From assembly GCA_035368605.1 (NCBI GenBank), contig DAOSLF010000002.1:76023-140022 (forward strand): a DNA stretch of 64,000 bases. Direction: 5' to 3'. Of the stretch, positions 20,653-31,488 are shown one piece after another; within the stretch, counting starts at the first letter, position 1, and the number at the start of each line of letters is the position of its first letter. The notes under the pieces were generated by a model. The model ran no database searches. It was given only the letters and a program-made list of their open reading frames with translations, and was not told where the DNA came from. Origin of the DNA: Candidatus Omnitrophota bacterium. GTDB lineage: Bacteria; Omnitrophota; Omnitrophia; Omnitrophales; Aquincolibacteriaceae. Position numbers and translations under genes: made by a program.

Positions 20653-20675
20653 GATCTTAATGACTCCCGGGATTA

Positions 20676-21212
20676 TTAACCGACCGCTTTACCTTGTTTG
20701 CGGCGCACGTGCTCGCCGGCATAGCGGATCCCCTTGCCCTTGTAGGGCTCAGGCTTGCAGAAGCTGCGGATTTCGGCCGCGACCTGACCGACGCGTTGCT
20801 TGTCGAGACCGGTGATCTGAATACTGGTCGGCTTCGGGCATTTGATCTCGACATCCTTGTCGAACGCGTATTCGACCGGATGCGTAAAACCGAGTGACAT
20901 GGACAGGACATTACCCTTCACCGCCGCCTTCACACCGACACCGACAATCTCGAGCTCTTTTGAGTATCCCTGCGTCACGCCGACGATCATGTTCTGGATC
21001 AGGCTGCGCGTCAGACCGTGCAACGCCCGGTCCGCACCGTCGTTCGTCGCGCGCGCGACCGTGACCTCATTACCCTCGATCGCAACTTTGATGCGGGGGT
21101 GAGCCGTCATGGTCAAGGCACCCTTCGGCCCCTGGACCTGGACATTCTGGCCTTGCACCGTGATCTTGACTTTTTCCGGGATGGTGACCGGTTTCCTGCC
21201 GATTCGTGACAT
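20676..21212 (-). CDS. rplF: 50S ribosomal protein L6
   Basis: 178 aa ORF MSRIGRKPVTIPEKVKITVQGQNV... Confidence 0.9.
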   Translation of the reverse strand: MSRIGRKPVTIPEKVKITVQGQNVQVQGPKGALTMTAHPRIKVAIEGNEVTVARATNDGADRALHGLTRSLIQNMIVGVTQGYSKELEIVGVGVKAAVKGNVLSMSLGFTHPVEYAFDKDVEIKCPKPTSIQITGLDKQRVGQVAAEIRSFCKPEPYKGKGIRYAGEHVRRKQGKAVG

Positions 21213-21234
21213 CGAAATAGCTCCGTTTAAAAGA

Positions 21235-21636
21235 TTACCAGACCCGACAGATGATCTCGCCGCCGACCTTGTTCTCCCGCGCCTGGCGGTCGGTCATGAC
21301 ACCTTTAGGGGTCGTAAGGATCGAAATCCCGAGCCCACCCTGGACTTTCGGGATCTTGTTACAGCCGACATAATAGCGGATACCTGGCTTGGACACACGG
21401 TTGATCCCCTGGATCGCCGGTTTCTTGCCGCCGCCGACATATTTCAGATGAATCCTGGCAAAATGCTTTTGGCCTTCTGCGAAGGGCTTGACGTTCTCTA
21501 TAAAACCCTCTTCCTTGAGAATTTCCGCGATGCGTACCGTCAGACTGGATGACGGAACCGTAAGCTTGTCCTTTTTCGCCCGCGCGGCGTTGCGGATACT
21601 TGTCAAAAAATCCCCGATAAAATCAGAACGTGACAT
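21235..21636 (-). CDS. rpsH: 30S ribosomal protein S8
   Basis: 133 aa ORF MSRSDFIGDFLTSIRNA... Confidence 0.9.
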   Translation of the reverse strand: MSRSDFIGDFLTSIRNAARAKKDKLTVPSSSLTVRIAEILKEEGFIENVKPFAEGQKHFARIHLKYVGGGKKPAIQGINRVSKPGIRYYVGCNKIPKVQGGLGISILTTPKGVMTDRQARENKVGGEIICRVW

Positions 21637-21649
21637 CTCGTCTCTCCCT

Positions 21650-21835
21650 TTACCAGCTCGATTTCACCACGCCGGGGAGCATCCCCACATGGGCGAGTTC
21701 GCGAAAACAGATGCGGCAAATGCCGAATTTGCGGATATAACCGCGCGGCCGACCGCAGCGCTGGCAGCGGTTATAAACCCGGACTTTGAACTTCGGCGTT
21801 CGTTTTTGCTTTACGATCAAACAGGTCTTTGCCAT
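21650..21835 (-). CDS. rpsZ: 30S ribosomal protein S14 type Z (zinc-binding, 61 aa)
   Basis: CxxC...CxxC motif: [31 protein letters not shown]. Confidence 0.9.
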   Translation of the reverse strand: MAKTCLIVKQKRTPKFKVRVYNRCQRCGRPRGYIRKFGICRICFRELAHVGMLPGVVKSSW

Positions 21836-21847
21836 CTCTCTTTTCCT

Positions 21848-22414
21848 TTATGATTTCTTGAACGGGAACCCGAGAAGTTCCAGGAGGCGCTTGCCTTCCT
21901 TGCGATCCCTGGCGGTCGTCACGAACGTGATATCCATCCCCTGAACCTTCTTCATCTTGTCGTACTCCACTTCCGGGAAGATCGTCTGTTCGCTCAGCCC
22001 GATCGAATAATTGCCGGTCTGGTCGAAACTGCGGTCCGAAAACCCGCGGAAGTCACGGATACGCGGCATTGCGATATTGATTAACCGGTCCATGAACTCG
22101 TACATGCGGGCCCGGCGGAGCGTCACCTTGAGACCGATCGGGGATCCTTCGCGGAGCTTGAAGGCCGAGATTGACTTTTTCGCGCGCGTCACAACGGGCT
22201 TCTGTCCTGCGATCCGCGACAGTTCGAGGGCCACCTGATCGAGAATCTTGATATCCTCCTGCCCTTCCTTCACGCCCATGTTGATGACGATCTTCACGAG
22301 CTTCGGGGCCTGCATCGGATTTGCGTAGCCGAACTCCTTGATGAGCTCCGGCACCGCTTTCTTGCGGTACAGTTCCAGTAAACGCGGCGCTTCAGCTGCA
22401 ATGTTCTGACCCAT
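21848..22414 (-). CDS. rplE: 50S ribosomal protein L5
   Basis: 188 aa ORF ...[18 protein letters not shown]... Confidence 0.9.
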   Translation of the reverse strand: MGQNIAAEAPRLLELYRKKAVPELIKEFGYANPMQAPKLVKIVINMGVKEGQEDIKILDQVALELSRIAGQKPVVTRAKKSISAFKLREGSPIGLKVTLRRARMYEFMDRLINIAMPRIRDFRGFSDRSFDQTGNYSIGLSEQTIFPEVEYDKMKKVQGMDITFVTTARDRKEGKRLLELLGFPFKKS

Positions 22415-22417
22415 ACG

Positions 22418-22726
22418 TTATAAAACCTCGCCTGATTTTTTCGCAAGACGGTGTTTGGAACCGTCTGCAAGTACCGAATATCCGACCCGGGTGGGCTTGC
22501 CGCTGCGGGGACACACCAGCTTGACATTGGACACCGACAGCTTACCTTCAACCTTGGTGATGCCGCCCTTCGGGTTGTCCTGGCTCTTGCGGAGGAACAC
22601 CGTCCGGTAGTTGATCTTCTCGATCAGGAGCATATTCTCCTTCGGATACACCCGCATCACGCGGCCTTTCTTGCCCTTGTCCTTCCCCTTCGTAACGATG
22701 ACCTCATCGCCCTTGATGATCTTCAT
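22418..22726 (-). CDS. rplX: 50S ribosomal protein L24
   Basis: 102 aa ORF with KOW motif MKIIKGDEVIVTKGKDKGKKG. Confidence 0.9.
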   Translation of the reverse strand: MKIIKGDEVIVTKGKDKGKKGRVMRVYPKENMLLIEKINYRTVFLRKSQDNPKGGITKVEGKLSVSNVKLVCPRSGKPTRVGYSVLADGSKHRLAKKSGEVL

Positions 22727-22729
22727 GAC

Positions 22730-23098
22730 TTAAACGACCTCCGGAGCCAAAGAAATGATCTTCGTGAAATCCGCATCGCGAAGCTCGCGGGCCACAGGGC
22801 CGAAGATACGCGTCCCGCGCGGGTTCTTCTGATTGTCGATCAGTACGATCGCGTTCGACGAAAAACGGACGGTGGACCCGTCCCGCCTGCGGATCGGACT
22901 CTTTGTCCTTATGAGAACCGCCTGGACAACCTCGCCCTTCTTGATGGCGCCGTTCGGCAACGCTTCCTTAACGGAGGCTGTGATGATATCCCCCACCTCG
23001 GCAGTGCGCTTGCCATGACGGCCCAACACACCGATCATGGCCGCCTTTTTCGCGCCGCTGTTATCGGCGATCTCGAGAACGCTTCGCATCTGGATCAT
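22730..23098 (-). CDS. rplN: 50S ribosomal protein L14
   Basis: 122 aa [21 protein letters not shown]... Confidence 0.95.
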   Translation of the reverse strand: MIQMRSVLEIADNSGAKKAAMIGVLGRHGKRTAEVGDIITASVKEALPNGAIKKGEVVQAVLIRTKSPIRRRDGSTVRFSSNAIVLIDNQKNPRGTRIFGPVARELRDADFTKIISLAPEVV

Positions 23099-23364
23099 GA
23101 TATCACCTTCACGAGGCGCCAGCGCTTCGTCTTGGAAAGCGGCTTCGATTCCACAATCTGGACCCGGTCACCTTCCCTGGCCAGGTTCTTTTCGTCGTGA
23201 GCCGCGTAATGGATCTGACGTCTGATGATCTTGTTAAACTTCGGATGCCGCAGGAGACGCGTCACGGAAACGATGATCGTCTTGTTCATCTTGTTGCTGA
23301 CGACCACGCCCTCGCGGACGCGTTTGCTGGATTCGGTCTTTGTCTGTTCGGTCTGTTCGCTCAT
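23095..23364 (-). CDS. rpsQ: 30S ribosomal protein S17
   Basis: 89 aa ORF ...[18 protein letters not shown]...; ATGA overlap with rpmC. Confidence 0.9.
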   Translation of the reverse strand: MSEQTEQTKTESSKRVREGVVVSNKMNKTIIVSVTRLLRHPKFNKIIRRQIHYAAHDEKNLAREGDRVQIVESKPLSKTKRWRLVKVIS

Positions 23365-23567
23365 TTCTTTTTCCCGGCCTTTTTGGTCTCGTTGATGACC
23401 GTCAGAATCCGCGCGATGTCACGCTTCGTCTGACTTAACGCATTCTGGCGCTCGAGCTTCCCTGTCTTCTGCTGGAAACGGAGCTGCATCAGGTCCTTCT
23501 TGAGATTCAGGACTTTCGTCTGAAGTTCCTCGATGCCCAATTCACGGAGTTCGGAAGTTTTAAGCAT
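23361..23567 (-). CDS. rpmC: 50S ribosomal protein L29
   Basis: Start at the internal ATG ([32 protein letters not shown]...). The longer track ORF, which overlaps rplP, is rejected. Confidence 0.85.
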   Translation of the reverse strand: MLKTSELRELGIEELQTKVLNLKKDLMQLRFQQKTGKLERQNALSQTKRDIARILTVINETKKAGKKK

Positions 23568-23568
23568 A

Positions 23569-23988
23569 TCAGCCCGCTGCCTCGCGCTTGACAAATTTGG
23601 TACGGAACGGAAGCTTGTGCGCGCAAAGCCGCATCGCCGATCTTGCGAGCTGCTCCGGCACGCCGCCCATCTCAAAAAGAATACGGCCGGGCTTGATCAC
23701 AGCCACATAGTATTCCGGGGCGCCTTTTCCTTTACCCATGCGGGTCTCCGCGGGCTTCTTGGAGTAAGCCTTATCCGGAAACACGCGCAACCAGATTTTC
23801 CCGCCGCGCTTGACGTGACGCGTCAACGCCACACGCGACGCCTCGATCTGGATCGCCGTGAGCCATGCGCATTCCAACGCTTTGAGCCCATACTCACCGA
23901 ACGCGAGCTCGCTGCCGCGGGTGGCAACACCACCCATCCAGCCGCGATGCTGCTTGCGGTATTTTACACGCTTAGGCATCAGGGGCAT
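23569..23988 (-). CDS. rplP: 50S ribosomal protein L16
   Basis: Start at [16 protein letters not shown], a typical L16 N-terminus. It overlaps the rpsC end by 17 nt. GAGGAGAAG lies upstream. Confidence 0.88.
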   Translation of the reverse strand: MPLMPKRVKYRKQHRGWMGGVATRGSELAFGEYGLKALECAWLTAIQIEASRVALTRHVKRGGKIWLRVFPDKAYSKKPAETRMGKGKGAPEYYVAVIKPGRILFEMGGVPEQLARSAMRLCAHKLPFRTKFVKREAAG

Positions 23989-24739
23989 CGTTCGTCTTCT
24001 CCTCGGTCTCCACAGCCGGTTTCTCCTCAACCGGCGCCGCCGACTTCATCATCTCGGCTTCGACCTGGCTGAGCTTCTTTTCAAGCTCCTGTTTCTTCTC
24101 TTCCTGTTCTTTCTTCACAAGAACGTCACCCTTATAAATCCACGCCTTGCAGCCGATCGTCCCGTACGTCGTGAACGCTTCGGCAAATCCGTAATCGATA
24201 TCGGCCCGGAAGGTGCTAAGGGGCACTTTGCCCTCCTTGTACCCTTCTTCGCGGGCAATCTCGGCGCCACCAAGCCGCCCCTTGCACTTGACCTTGATCC
24301 CGAGCGCGCCCTTCTGCATCGCGAGCTGAACCGCCTTTTTCATCGCGCGGCGAAACCCGATGCGTTTTTCAAGCTGGAGCGCTATGTTTTCGGCAACGAG
24401 CTGCGCATCGATCGCCGGCATTTTGACTTCCTTGATGTCGAGGAACACCTCATTCTTCGTGATCGCCGCCAGGTCTTCCTTGATCTTGTCGATCTCCTGT
24501 CCGCGGCGACCGATAATCACACCGGGCTTCGCGGCAAAGATACGGACGCGCAAGCGGCTCGCGGCACGGTCGATCTCGACCGACGAGACACCGGCAGTGG
24601 CCAGCTTGGCCTTCAGATATTCCCGGATCCTGAGATCCTCGCCGAGAAAAGCGACCGCGTCGCGTTTCGCAAACCAGCGGGCTCTCCAGGGCTTGATGAA
24701 CCCGACCCTCAATCCGTACGGATGCGCTTTCTGACCCAA
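23972..24739 (-). CDS. rpsC: 30S ribosomal protein S3 with a roughly 45-aa Lys/Glu-rich C-terminal extension
   Basis: [24 protein letters not shown]... with a KH domain; tail [21 protein letters not shown]... Confidence 0.9.
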   Translation of the reverse strand: MGQKAHPYGLRVGFIKPWRARWFAKRDAVAFLGEDLRIREYLKAKLATAGVSSVEIDRAASRLRVRIFAAKPGVIIGRRGQEIDKIKEDLAAITKNEVFLDIKEVKMPAIDAQLVAENIALQLEKRIGFRRAMKKAVQLAMQKGALGIKVKCKGRLGGAEIAREEGYKEGKVPLSTFRADIDYGFAEAFTTYGTIGCKAWIYKGDVLVKKEQEEKKQELEKKLSQVEAEMMKSAAPVEEKPAVETEEKTNDAPDA

Positions 24740-24831
24740 GGTACTTCCTCCTCTTTACACTGATCTTCTTTTTAGCATTTCGAACCGGAAGATCAGTTCA
24801 GTGCTGAAATTCCGTAATTTCAAATCGCTTA

Positions 24832-25284
24832 TCAGGAAGCGGCTTTCACGGCCTGTTTCTTTTTGGCTTTCGCCTCTTCAGGCGCTTCGCCGCCCCAAAC
24901 CTTACGGCCCTCGGATACGATGACCGTGAGATGCGAACTGCGTTTCAGGATCCGCTCGGCACGGCCCTTCGATCGGCTCATGAACCGCTTCATCACGGGA
25001 CCACCGTCCGCGCGGATGTCAGAAACGATCAATCGTTTTTCATCAAGACCGAGATTTTTCGCGTTGGCAATGGCGCTCCTGAGCGTCTTAACCGCGATCC
25101 TGGCGCCCTTCCGGGGCATCAGGGAAAGAATTCCGACCGCCTCGAGAGCGGGACGTTTGCGGATCGTATCGATAACAAGACGCAGCTTGCGCGGCGCGAT
25201 CCGGACGTATTTCGTGACCGCCTTCACCTTGCGAGGGTCCGGGGCCACGGGCGCTTCACTCTTTTTGCTTTCGGTCTTAGCCAT
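24832..25284 (-). CDS. rplV: 50S ribosomal protein L22 with N- and C-terminal extensions
   Basis: 150 aa ORF; core KYVRIAPRKLRLVIDTIRKRPALEAVGIL... Confidence 0.9.
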   Translation of the reverse strand: MAKTESKKSEAPVAPDPRKVKAVTKYVRIAPRKLRLVIDTIRKRPALEAVGILSLMPRKGARIAVKTLRSAIANAKNLGLDEKRLIVSDIRADGGPVMKRFMSRSKGRAERILKRSSHLTVIVSEGRKVWGGEAPEEAKAKKKQAVKAAS

Positions 25285-25301
25285 GATAAGTCCGCCTATC
25301 C

Positions 25302-25601
25302 TTAGGTTTTGGCACCGGCGGCCATTGCCGCGGCCTTTTCGCCGGAAGCGCTGTGCTTGCGGAACGTGCGTGTCGGAGCGAACTCCCCAACCTTGTGTCC
25401 GACCATGCCTTCGGTCACAAACACGCTCAGAAACGTCTTGCCGTTATGGACCGACAGCGTCACGCCGACAAAATCCGGCGTGATCGTCGAACGTCGCGAC
25501 CACGTCTTGATCGGACGCCGATCCTTTTTTTCAACCGCGGTACGGACCTTCTTCAAAAGCTTTTCGTCTACGAACACGCCCTTCTTCGATGACCGGCTCA
25601 T
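25302..25601 (-). CDS. rpsS: 30S ribosomal protein S19
   Basis: 99 aa ORF ...[23 protein letters not shown]... Confidence 0.9.
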   Translation of the reverse strand: MSRSSKKGVFVDEKLLKKVRTAVEKKDRRPIKTWSRRSTITPDFVGVTLSVHNGKTFLSVFVTEGMVGHKVGEFAPTRTFRKHSASGEKAAAMAAGAKT

Positions 25602-26425
25602 TTTCTGCGATCCTTCACGATGTATTTATTGGATGCCTTGTAGCGTTTACGGGTCTTGAGGCCCTTGGATTTCTGTCCCCACGGGCTCTGCGGATGCTGG
25701 CCGCTCTTCGATTTGCCTTCACCGCCGCCCATCGGATGGTCCACCGGATTTCTGACAACACCGCGCGCCACAGGGCGTTTGCCCAACCAGCGACCGCGCC
25801 CGGCCTTGCCGAGAACAATGTTTTCGTTATCGATATTCGAACACTGTCCCACGGTCGCGAAGGACTTCACGGAAATCTTCCGAACCTCACCCGAAGGCAG
25901 CTTGATGTGTGCATAGTCGTTTTCTTTCGCAAGGACCTGCGCGACCACACCGCCCGCGCGGACCAGCTTGCCGCCGCGGCCGGGTTGCAACTCGATGTTA
26001 TGGACCATCGTGCCATCCGGGATTTTTTCAAGCGGAAGGTGATTGCCGACCTGCACATCGACATCGGGACCGCTCATGACCTCCTCACCGACCCTGAGGC
26101 CGTCCGGACACAGGATGTAGCTCTTTTGCCCGTCCGTATATTCAATGAGCGCGATGCGCGCGCTACGGTTCGGATCGTACTCGACAGTCAGGACCTTCGC
26201 GGGAACATCAAAGCGGCTACGCCGGAAATCCACCAAGCGGATCCTTTGTTTGTGCCCACCTCCGATACGACGCGAGGTGATTTTCCCGAAGTTGTTGCGT
26301 CCCCCGGTCCGCTTGCGGATCTCCGTGAGCGGTTTATAGGGGCGGTCCACCGTAATCTCGGAAAAATCCGACACATTCCCGTAGCGCCGCGTCGGCGTGA
26401 CTGGCCTGAATTTAATAAGTCCCAT
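25598..26425 (-). CDS. rplB: 50S ribosomal protein L2
   Basis: 275 aa ORF ...[21 protein letters not shown]... Confidence 0.95.
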   Translation of the reverse strand: MGLIKFRPVTPTRRYGNVSDFSEITVDRPYKPLTEIRKRTGGRNNFGKITSRRIGGGHKQRIRLVDFRRSRFDVPAKVLTVEYDPNRSARIALIEYTDGQKSYILCPDGLRVGEEVMSGPDVDVQVGNHLPLEKIPDGTMVHNIELQPGRGGKLVRAGGVVAQVLAKENDYAHIKLPSGEVRKISVKSFATVGQCSNIDNENIVLGKAGRGRWLGKRPVARGVVRNPVDHPMGGGEGKSKSGQHPQSPWGQKSKGLKTRKRYKASNKYIVKDRRK

Positions 26426-26444
26426 GACAGTTTCCGATAGCTCC

Positions 26445-26732
26445 TTATTTCGTCAAATCGATCTTTTCGCCCTTTTTCAGGGTTACGATGGCTTTTTTCC
26501 AGTCCGGCGTCTGACCGGGCTGATAACGGACCCGGCGCCATTTGCCGTCCACATTGACCGTATTCACGCTCTCAACGTGGACATTGAAGATTTTCTCGAC
26601 CGCGGACTTGATCTCTTTCTTGTTCGCCTTCGGATGGACCTTGAAGCCGTACTGGTTGGCGCTTTCGGTCGCCCTCGCGATCTTTTCCGTGATCAACGGT
26701 TCCAGAATGATGTCGTACATCATGAGGCCCAT
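26445..26732 (-). CDS. rplW: 50S ribosomal protein L23
   Basis: 95 aa ORF ...IILEPLITEKIARATESANQYGFKVHP... Confidence 0.9.
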   Translation of the reverse strand: MGLMMYDIILEPLITEKIARATESANQYGFKVHPKANKKEIKSAVEKIFNVHVESVNTVNVDGKWRRVRYQPGQTPDWKKAIVTLKKGEKIDLTK

Positions 26733-27370
26733 TATTTCGAATCTCCTGTCAGTCGTTTCTCGAGCGTTTCGAGCGCCGCTTCGTCAATGATAACCTTCGG
26801 GCTCTGCAGCACATCGTAGGCGCTGACATCCGCCACGTTCTTGACCTCGACCCATTTCTGCAGATTACGGCTTGCCCGTTTCATATTCACATCCTGCTCC
26901 TTCGTGACATAGACCGCTCGCTTGCTCCCGAGCGGAAGCGTCTTGACGATCCCCGCAAATTCCTTCGTCTTCGGCGTCTCAAGCTTCAGGGTCTCGAGCA
27001 GCAGCACGTTCTTCTCACGCGCCCTCATCGCGATCGCGACCTGGAGCGCCTTCGTTCGGATCGCCTTCGAAAGACGGACTGAATAATCCCGTGGCCTGGG
27101 GCCGAACACGACACCGCCGCCGACCCAGATCGGGGAGCGGTTCGAACCGTGACGGGCATTCCCGGTCCCCTTCTGTTTCCAGGGCTTCTTGCCGCCGCCG
27201 CGGACTTCCCCGCGGGTCTTGGTACTGGCCGTCCCCCTGCGAAGGTTGGCGCTGTAAGCGTTCCGGACAAGCTCGATCAGGCGGGCGTTGATACGGACCC
27301 CGAAGATGTCGGGGTTCAACACCACCTCCTGCTTCTTCTTACCCTCTTTGGTATAAAGAGGCACTTTCAT
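26732..27370 (-). CDS. rplD: 50S ribosomal protein L4
   Basis: 212 aa ORF lying between rplC and rplW. Confidence 0.9.
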   Translation of the reverse strand: MKVPLYTKEGKKKQEVVLNPDIFGVRINARLIELVRNAYSANLRRGTASTKTRGEVRGGGKKPWKQKGTGNARHGSNRSPIWVGGGVVFGPRPRDYSVRLSKAIRTKALQVAIAMRAREKNVLLLETLKLETPKTKEFAGIVKTLPLGSKRAVYVTKEQDVNMKRASRNLQKWVEVKNVADVSAYDVLQSPKVIIDEAALETLEKRLTGDSK

Positions 27371-27399
27371 CGTCTTATTCTGCCTTTCGGATCGGACGC

Positions 27400-28137
27400 T
27401 TACTTCGCGCCCTCTTGAGTTTCCTGTTTCGCGGACGTTTCAGAGGAAGCTTTCGGGGATTCCTTCTGATTGCTGACCTTCCATGGATTCTTCTTGCCGC
27501 GCTTGAGAGCCGTTTTGATGACGACATAGCCGCCCGCGGATCCCGGGATACTGCCCTTCACGACGAGAAGATTGTTCTCACCGTCGACTTTCATAATTTT
27601 GACATTCTCGACATGGACACGCTCATTACCCAAATGTCCGGGAAGTCCTTTCCCCTTGCGAACCTTCTTGCGGGCCCCGGCACCGCCGGCCTGGGAACCG
27701 ATGCCACCCGGGGCGCGGCCGAACATCGATCCATGTCCCTGGGACGCGCCGCCCTTATAGCCAAGACGCTTCACCACACCCTGAAAACCCTTACCGATCG
27801 AGGTGCCGATCACGTCGACAAACTCACCGGCTTCGAAATTGTCCACGCGGACCTCGCTTCCGACCGCAAGATTTTCAAGACTGTCTGTGCGGAATTCCCT
27901 CTGGATATTGAGGGGTGGAAGCGCCGCTTTCTTCGTCAGGCCGAGCTTCGGCTTCGAGAGCCTGCGCTCTTTCACAACATCGAACCCGAGCTGCACCGCC
28001 TGATAACCGTTTTTTTCCTTCGTCCGAAGCCCCGTCACGAAACACGGCCCCACTTCCAGAACCGTCACGGGAACCTGGCGTCCCTCTTCGTCAAAGATCC
28101 TCGTCATTCCGACTTTTTTTCCCAAAAGGCCTAACAT
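27400..28137 (-). CDS. rplC: 50S ribosomal protein L3 with a roughly 25-aa low-complexity C-terminal tail
   Basis: Start at the internal ATG MLGLLGKKVGMTRIF, with a GAGGAA SD just after the rpsJ stop. The longer track start overlaps rpsJ and is rejected. Confidence 0.9.
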   Translation of the reverse strand: MLGLLGKKVGMTRIFDEEGRQVPVTVLEVGPCFVTGLRTKEKNGYQAVQLGFDVVKERRLSKPKLGLTKKAALPPLNIQREFRTDSLENLAVGSEVRVDNFEAGEFVDVIGTSIGKGFQGVVKRLGYKGGASQGHGSMFGRAPGGIGSQAGGAGARKKVRKGKGLPGHLGNERVHVENVKIMKVDGENNLLVVKGSIPGSAGGYVVIKTALKRGKKNPWKVSNQKESPKASSETSAKQETQEGAK

Positions 28138-28147
28138 AAGATTCCTC

Positions 28148-28459
28148 TTAGAGCTTGATCTCGACATCCACGCCCGCGGGCAGGTCAAGTTTCATGAGAG
28201 CATCCACGGTGCGAGACGTGGGCTCTTCCAGTTCAATAAGACGTTTATGCGTGCGGACCTCGAACTGGTCGCGCGCTTTTTTGTCGATCGTCGGACCGCG
28301 GAGCACGGTCGTCTTCCAGATATGCGTCGGGAGCGGTATCGGGCCGATGACCTTGGCGCCTGTTTTTTTCGCGGTCGCCACGATCTCCTGCACCGACTGA
28401 TCCAGCACCCGGTGGTCATACGCTTTCAGTTTGATACGGATCTTTTCCTTCACTGCCAT
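28148..28459 (-). CDS. rpsJ: 30S ribosomal protein S10
   Basis: 103 aa [25 protein letters not shown]...; lies 6 nt after fusA with no intervening tuf. Confidence 0.95.
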   Translation of the reverse strand: MAVKEKIRIKLKAYDHRVLDQSVQEIVATAKKTGAKVIGPIPLPTHIWKTTVLRGPTIDKKARDQFEVRTHKRLIELEEPTSRTVDALMKLDLPAGVDVEIKL

Positions 28460-28465
28460 GATTGA

Positions 28466-30547
28466 TTACCCCGCGATGATCTTTTCCGCAATCTGACGCG
28501 GCACTTCTTGATAAGTATTGGGCTCCATCGTATAGGTCGCGCGGCCCTGGGAGAGCGAACGGACAGCCGTCGCATATCCGAACATTTCGGCAAGCGGAAC
28601 GAGCCCGCGGACAGACTTGAGGTGTCCGCGATTACTAAGCTCCTGAATGACACAGCGGCGGGAATTCAGATCGCCGATCACATCCCCCATGTATTCTTCG
28701 GGCATGAGCACCTCGACCAGCATGATCGGCTCGAGAAGGATCGGCTTCGCGTTCTTGAACGCGTCCTTGAACGCAAAAATACCGGCCATTTTAAAAGCGA
28801 TCTCGGAAGAGTCGACCTCGTGGTAGCTGCCGTCGAAAACGGTCGCCTTGACGTCCGTCACGGGATAGCCGGCCAGAACACCGTTCGTGCAGGCATCCAT
28901 AACGCCGTCTTCCACCGCCGGGATGTACTCGCGGGGAATCGCGCCGCCGACAATCTTGCTCTCGAACTCGATACCTTTACCGCGTTCGAGGGCCTCGACC
29001 TTGAGGTAGCAATGCCCATACTGGCCGCGACCGCCGGTCTGCTTGATGAACTTCCCTTCCGCTTCCGCCATCCCGAGGATCGTTTCCTTGTAGGCAACTT
29101 GCGGTTTCCCGACATTCACATGAACGCCATATTCGCGTTTCAGGACATCGACCTTGATGTCCAAATGGAGCTCGCCCATGCCGCCGATCAGGGTTTGAAC
29201 CGTTTCCTGGTCCGTTTTGACGCGAAAGGTCGGGTCTTCGGCCACGAGCTTACCGATCGCATCGGACAATTTATCACGGTCCGCTTTCGTCTTCGGCTCG
29301 ATCGCCATCCAGATAACCGGCTCGGGCACAAACATGGCCTCGAGCTGGATCGGATGATTTTCGTCGCAATAGGAATCACCGGTCTTCACATCCTTGAGAC
29401 CCACCGCGGCAACGATATTGCCGGCGCCCACCTCGTTGATCTCTTCACGCTTGTTCGAATGCATAAGGAGAAGACGACCGAGACGCTCCGTCTTGCCGGT
29501 GCGGACGTTATGTATGTAGGAGGACGAGGAAAGCGTCCCGGAATAAACCCGGATATAGGTCAGGGATCCAACGAACTTGTCACTCGCGATCTTGAACGCG
29601 TAGCAGCTGAGCGGCGCCTTGTCGTCCGCTTCGCGGCTGACTTCGTTGCCCGTGTTCGGATCGGTACCCTTCACCGGAGGAATATCCTTCGGCGAAGGAA
29701 GATAATCAACGACCGCGTCGAGGAGCTGCTGGATGCCTTTATTCTTGAGCGATGACCCCACGATCACGGGGGCCATCTTGAGGCTGATTGTGCCCTTGCG
29801 GATCGCCGCCTTGATCTCGGCGACGGTGGGTTCCTGACCTTCGATGAACTTGTTCATCAGATGATCATCGTATTCGGACACCTTTTCAATCATGTACTCG
29901 CGGGCCTTTTTGCAGACATCCATGTATTCGGCCGGAATATCAATCGTTTGAAATTTCGCACCGAGGCTATCATCGTCGAAAACGTAAGCCTTCATTTCCA
30001 CAAGATCGACAACACCCTTAAAGTGCTCTTCGCGCCCGAGCGGATGCTGGATCGGCACCGCGTTCGCGCCGAGCTGGTCACGCATCTGCTGGACGTTCTT
30101 CTCGAATTCCGCGCCAGTCCGGTCCATCTTGTTAATGTAAGCAATGCGGGGAACATTGTAGCGATCGGCTTGACGCCACACCGTCTCGGACTGAGGCTCG
30201 ACACCTTCCACGGCGCCAAACACCGCGACGCAACCGTCAAGAACGCGCAGAGAACGCTCGACCTCGATCGTGAAGTCCACGTGTCCGGGGGTGTCGATCA
30301 GATTGATACGGCAGTCCCTCCAGAAACACGTCGTCGCGGCTGAGGTGATCGTGATGCCGCGCTCCTGTTCCTGTTCCATCCAGTCCATGACCGCGGTTCC
30401 CTCGTGCACTTCGCCGATCTTGTACGTGCGGCCGGTGTAATAAAGTACACGCTCCGAGGTCGTGGTCTTGCCCGCATCAATATGCGCCGCAATTCCGATA
30501 TTGCGGATCTTTTCCAGCGGATAATGAATCTTCTTTTCGTCTGCCAT
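28466..30547 (-). CDS. fusA: elongation factor G
   Basis: 693 aa ORF with [10 protein letters not shown]1, DTPGHVDF G3 and NKMD G4 motifs. Confidence 0.95.
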   Translation of the reverse strand: MADEKKIHYPLEKIRNIGIAAHIDAGKTTTSERVLYYTGRTYKIGEVHEGTAVMDWMEQEQERGITITSAATTCFWRDCRINLIDTPGHVDFTIEVERSLRVLDGCVAVFGAVEGVEPQSETVWRQADRYNVPRIAYINKMDRTGAEFEKNVQQMRDQLGANAVPIQHPLGREEHFKGVVDLVEMKAYVFDDDSLGAKFQTIDIPAEYMDVCKKAREYMIEKVSEYDDHLMNKFIEGQEPTVAEIKAAIRKGTISLKMAPVIVGSSLKNKGIQQLLDAVVDYLPSPKDIPPVKGTDPNTGNEVSREADDKAPLSCYAFKIASDKFVGSLTYIRVYSGTLSSSSYIHNVRTGKTERLGRLLLMHSNKREEINEVGAGNIVAAVGLKDVKTGDSYCDENHPIQLEAMFVPEPVIWMAIEPKTKADRDKLSDAIGKLVAEDPTFRVKTDQETVQTLIGGMGELHLDIKVDVLKREYGVHVNVGKPQVAYKETILGMAEAEGKFIKQTGGRGQYGHCYLKVEALERGKGIEFESKIVGGAIPREYIPAVEDGVMDACTNGVLAGYPVTDVKATVFDGSYHEVDSSEIAFKMAGIFAFKDAFKNAKPILLEPIMLVEVLMPEEYMGDVIGDLNSRRCVIQELSNRGHLKSVRGLVPLAEMFGYATAVRSLSQGRATYTMEPNTYQEVPRQIAEKIIAG

Positions 30548-30628
30548 AAATTTAATTTTGAGCTATGAGCCCGGAGCTATGAAAAACTCCCTTGCCCCGA
30601 TCCAAAAACTCCCGACTCCCTGTTATGA

Positions 30629-31096
30629 TTACCAGCGATAATGAGCGAACGCTCTGTTGGACTCCGCCATTTTATGAACGTCTTCTTTCTTCTTGATCGA
30701 TGCGCCGGTCTTGTTGTAGCCGTCGATCAATTCCTGCGCGAGTTTCTCGTGCATGGGTTTCCCCTTCCTCTCGCGGGAATAGCCCCGGATCCAACGAAGC
30801 GCGAGTGAATTACCGCGCTCTTCCGGAACACTGACCGGCACCTGGTAGGTTGCCCCACCGACTCGGCGGGACTTCGTTTCCAAAAGGGGCCGGATATTAT
30901 CCATAGATTGATGGAAAACTTCAAGTGGTTCTTTTCCGGTTTTTTCCCTGATAATATCGAAAGCCTGATAGACGATCTTTTCGGCGATCGACTTCTTCCC
31001 GCACTCCATCACAATGTTAATGAGCTTTGCGACCAGAAGATCGTTAAACCGCGGGTCCGGATCAATCCTTCTTTTTGCTGCGCGACGCCTTCTCAT
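30629..31096 (-). CDS. rpsG: 30S ribosomal protein S7
   Basis: 155 aa ORF ...[18 protein letters not shown]... Confidence 0.95.
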   Translation of the reverse strand: MRRRRAAKRRIDPDPRFNDLLVAKLINIVMECGKKSIAEKIVYQAFDIIREKTGKEPLEVFHQSMDNIRPLLETKSRRVGGATYQVPVSVPEERGNSLALRWIRGYSRERKGKPMHEKLAQELIDGYNKTGASIKKKEDVHKMAESNRAFAHYRW

Positions 31097-31488
31097 GCTG
31101 CCTTTGCATCCTTCTGCTTGGGTGTTTTGGCCCCGTACTTGGAGCGTGATTTAGTGCGGTCCGCGACCCCGGAGGTGTCGAGTTTACCGCGAACGATGTG
31201 ATAGCGGACGCCGGGAAGGTCCTTGACGCGGCCGCCGCGAACGAGCACGATTGAGTGTTCCTGCAGATTGTGTCCGACGCCCGGGATATAGGCCGAGACT
31301 TCTTCCCCGTTCGTGAGACGGACACGGGCAATCTTGCGAAGCGCCGAGTTCGGCTTCTTGGGGGTCTGCGTACGGACGATCAGGCAGACGCCTTTGCGAA
31401 ACGGAGCGTTGTGCAACGCCGGTGATTTGGACTTCGATTGAAAACGGCGTCTGCCGTACTTGATGAGCTGATTGATAGTCGGTGCCAT
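31093..31488 (-). CDS. rpsL: 30S ribosomal protein S12
   Basis: 131 aa [18 protein letters not shown]...[10 protein letters not shown]... Confidence 0.95.
   Translation of the reverse strand: MAPTINQLIKYGRRRFQSKSKSPALHNAPFRKGVCLIVRTQTPKKPNSALRKIARVRLTNGEEVSAYIPGVGHNLQEHSIVLVRGGRVKDLPGVRYHIVRGKLDTSGVADRTKSRSKYGAKTPKQKDAKAA

Noticed and set aside
30548-30628. Direct repeat gagctatga x2 in the fusA-rpsG spacer
   Set aside because: Only 9 nt, a single occurrence pair, and no secondary structure. Insufficient to call a feature.
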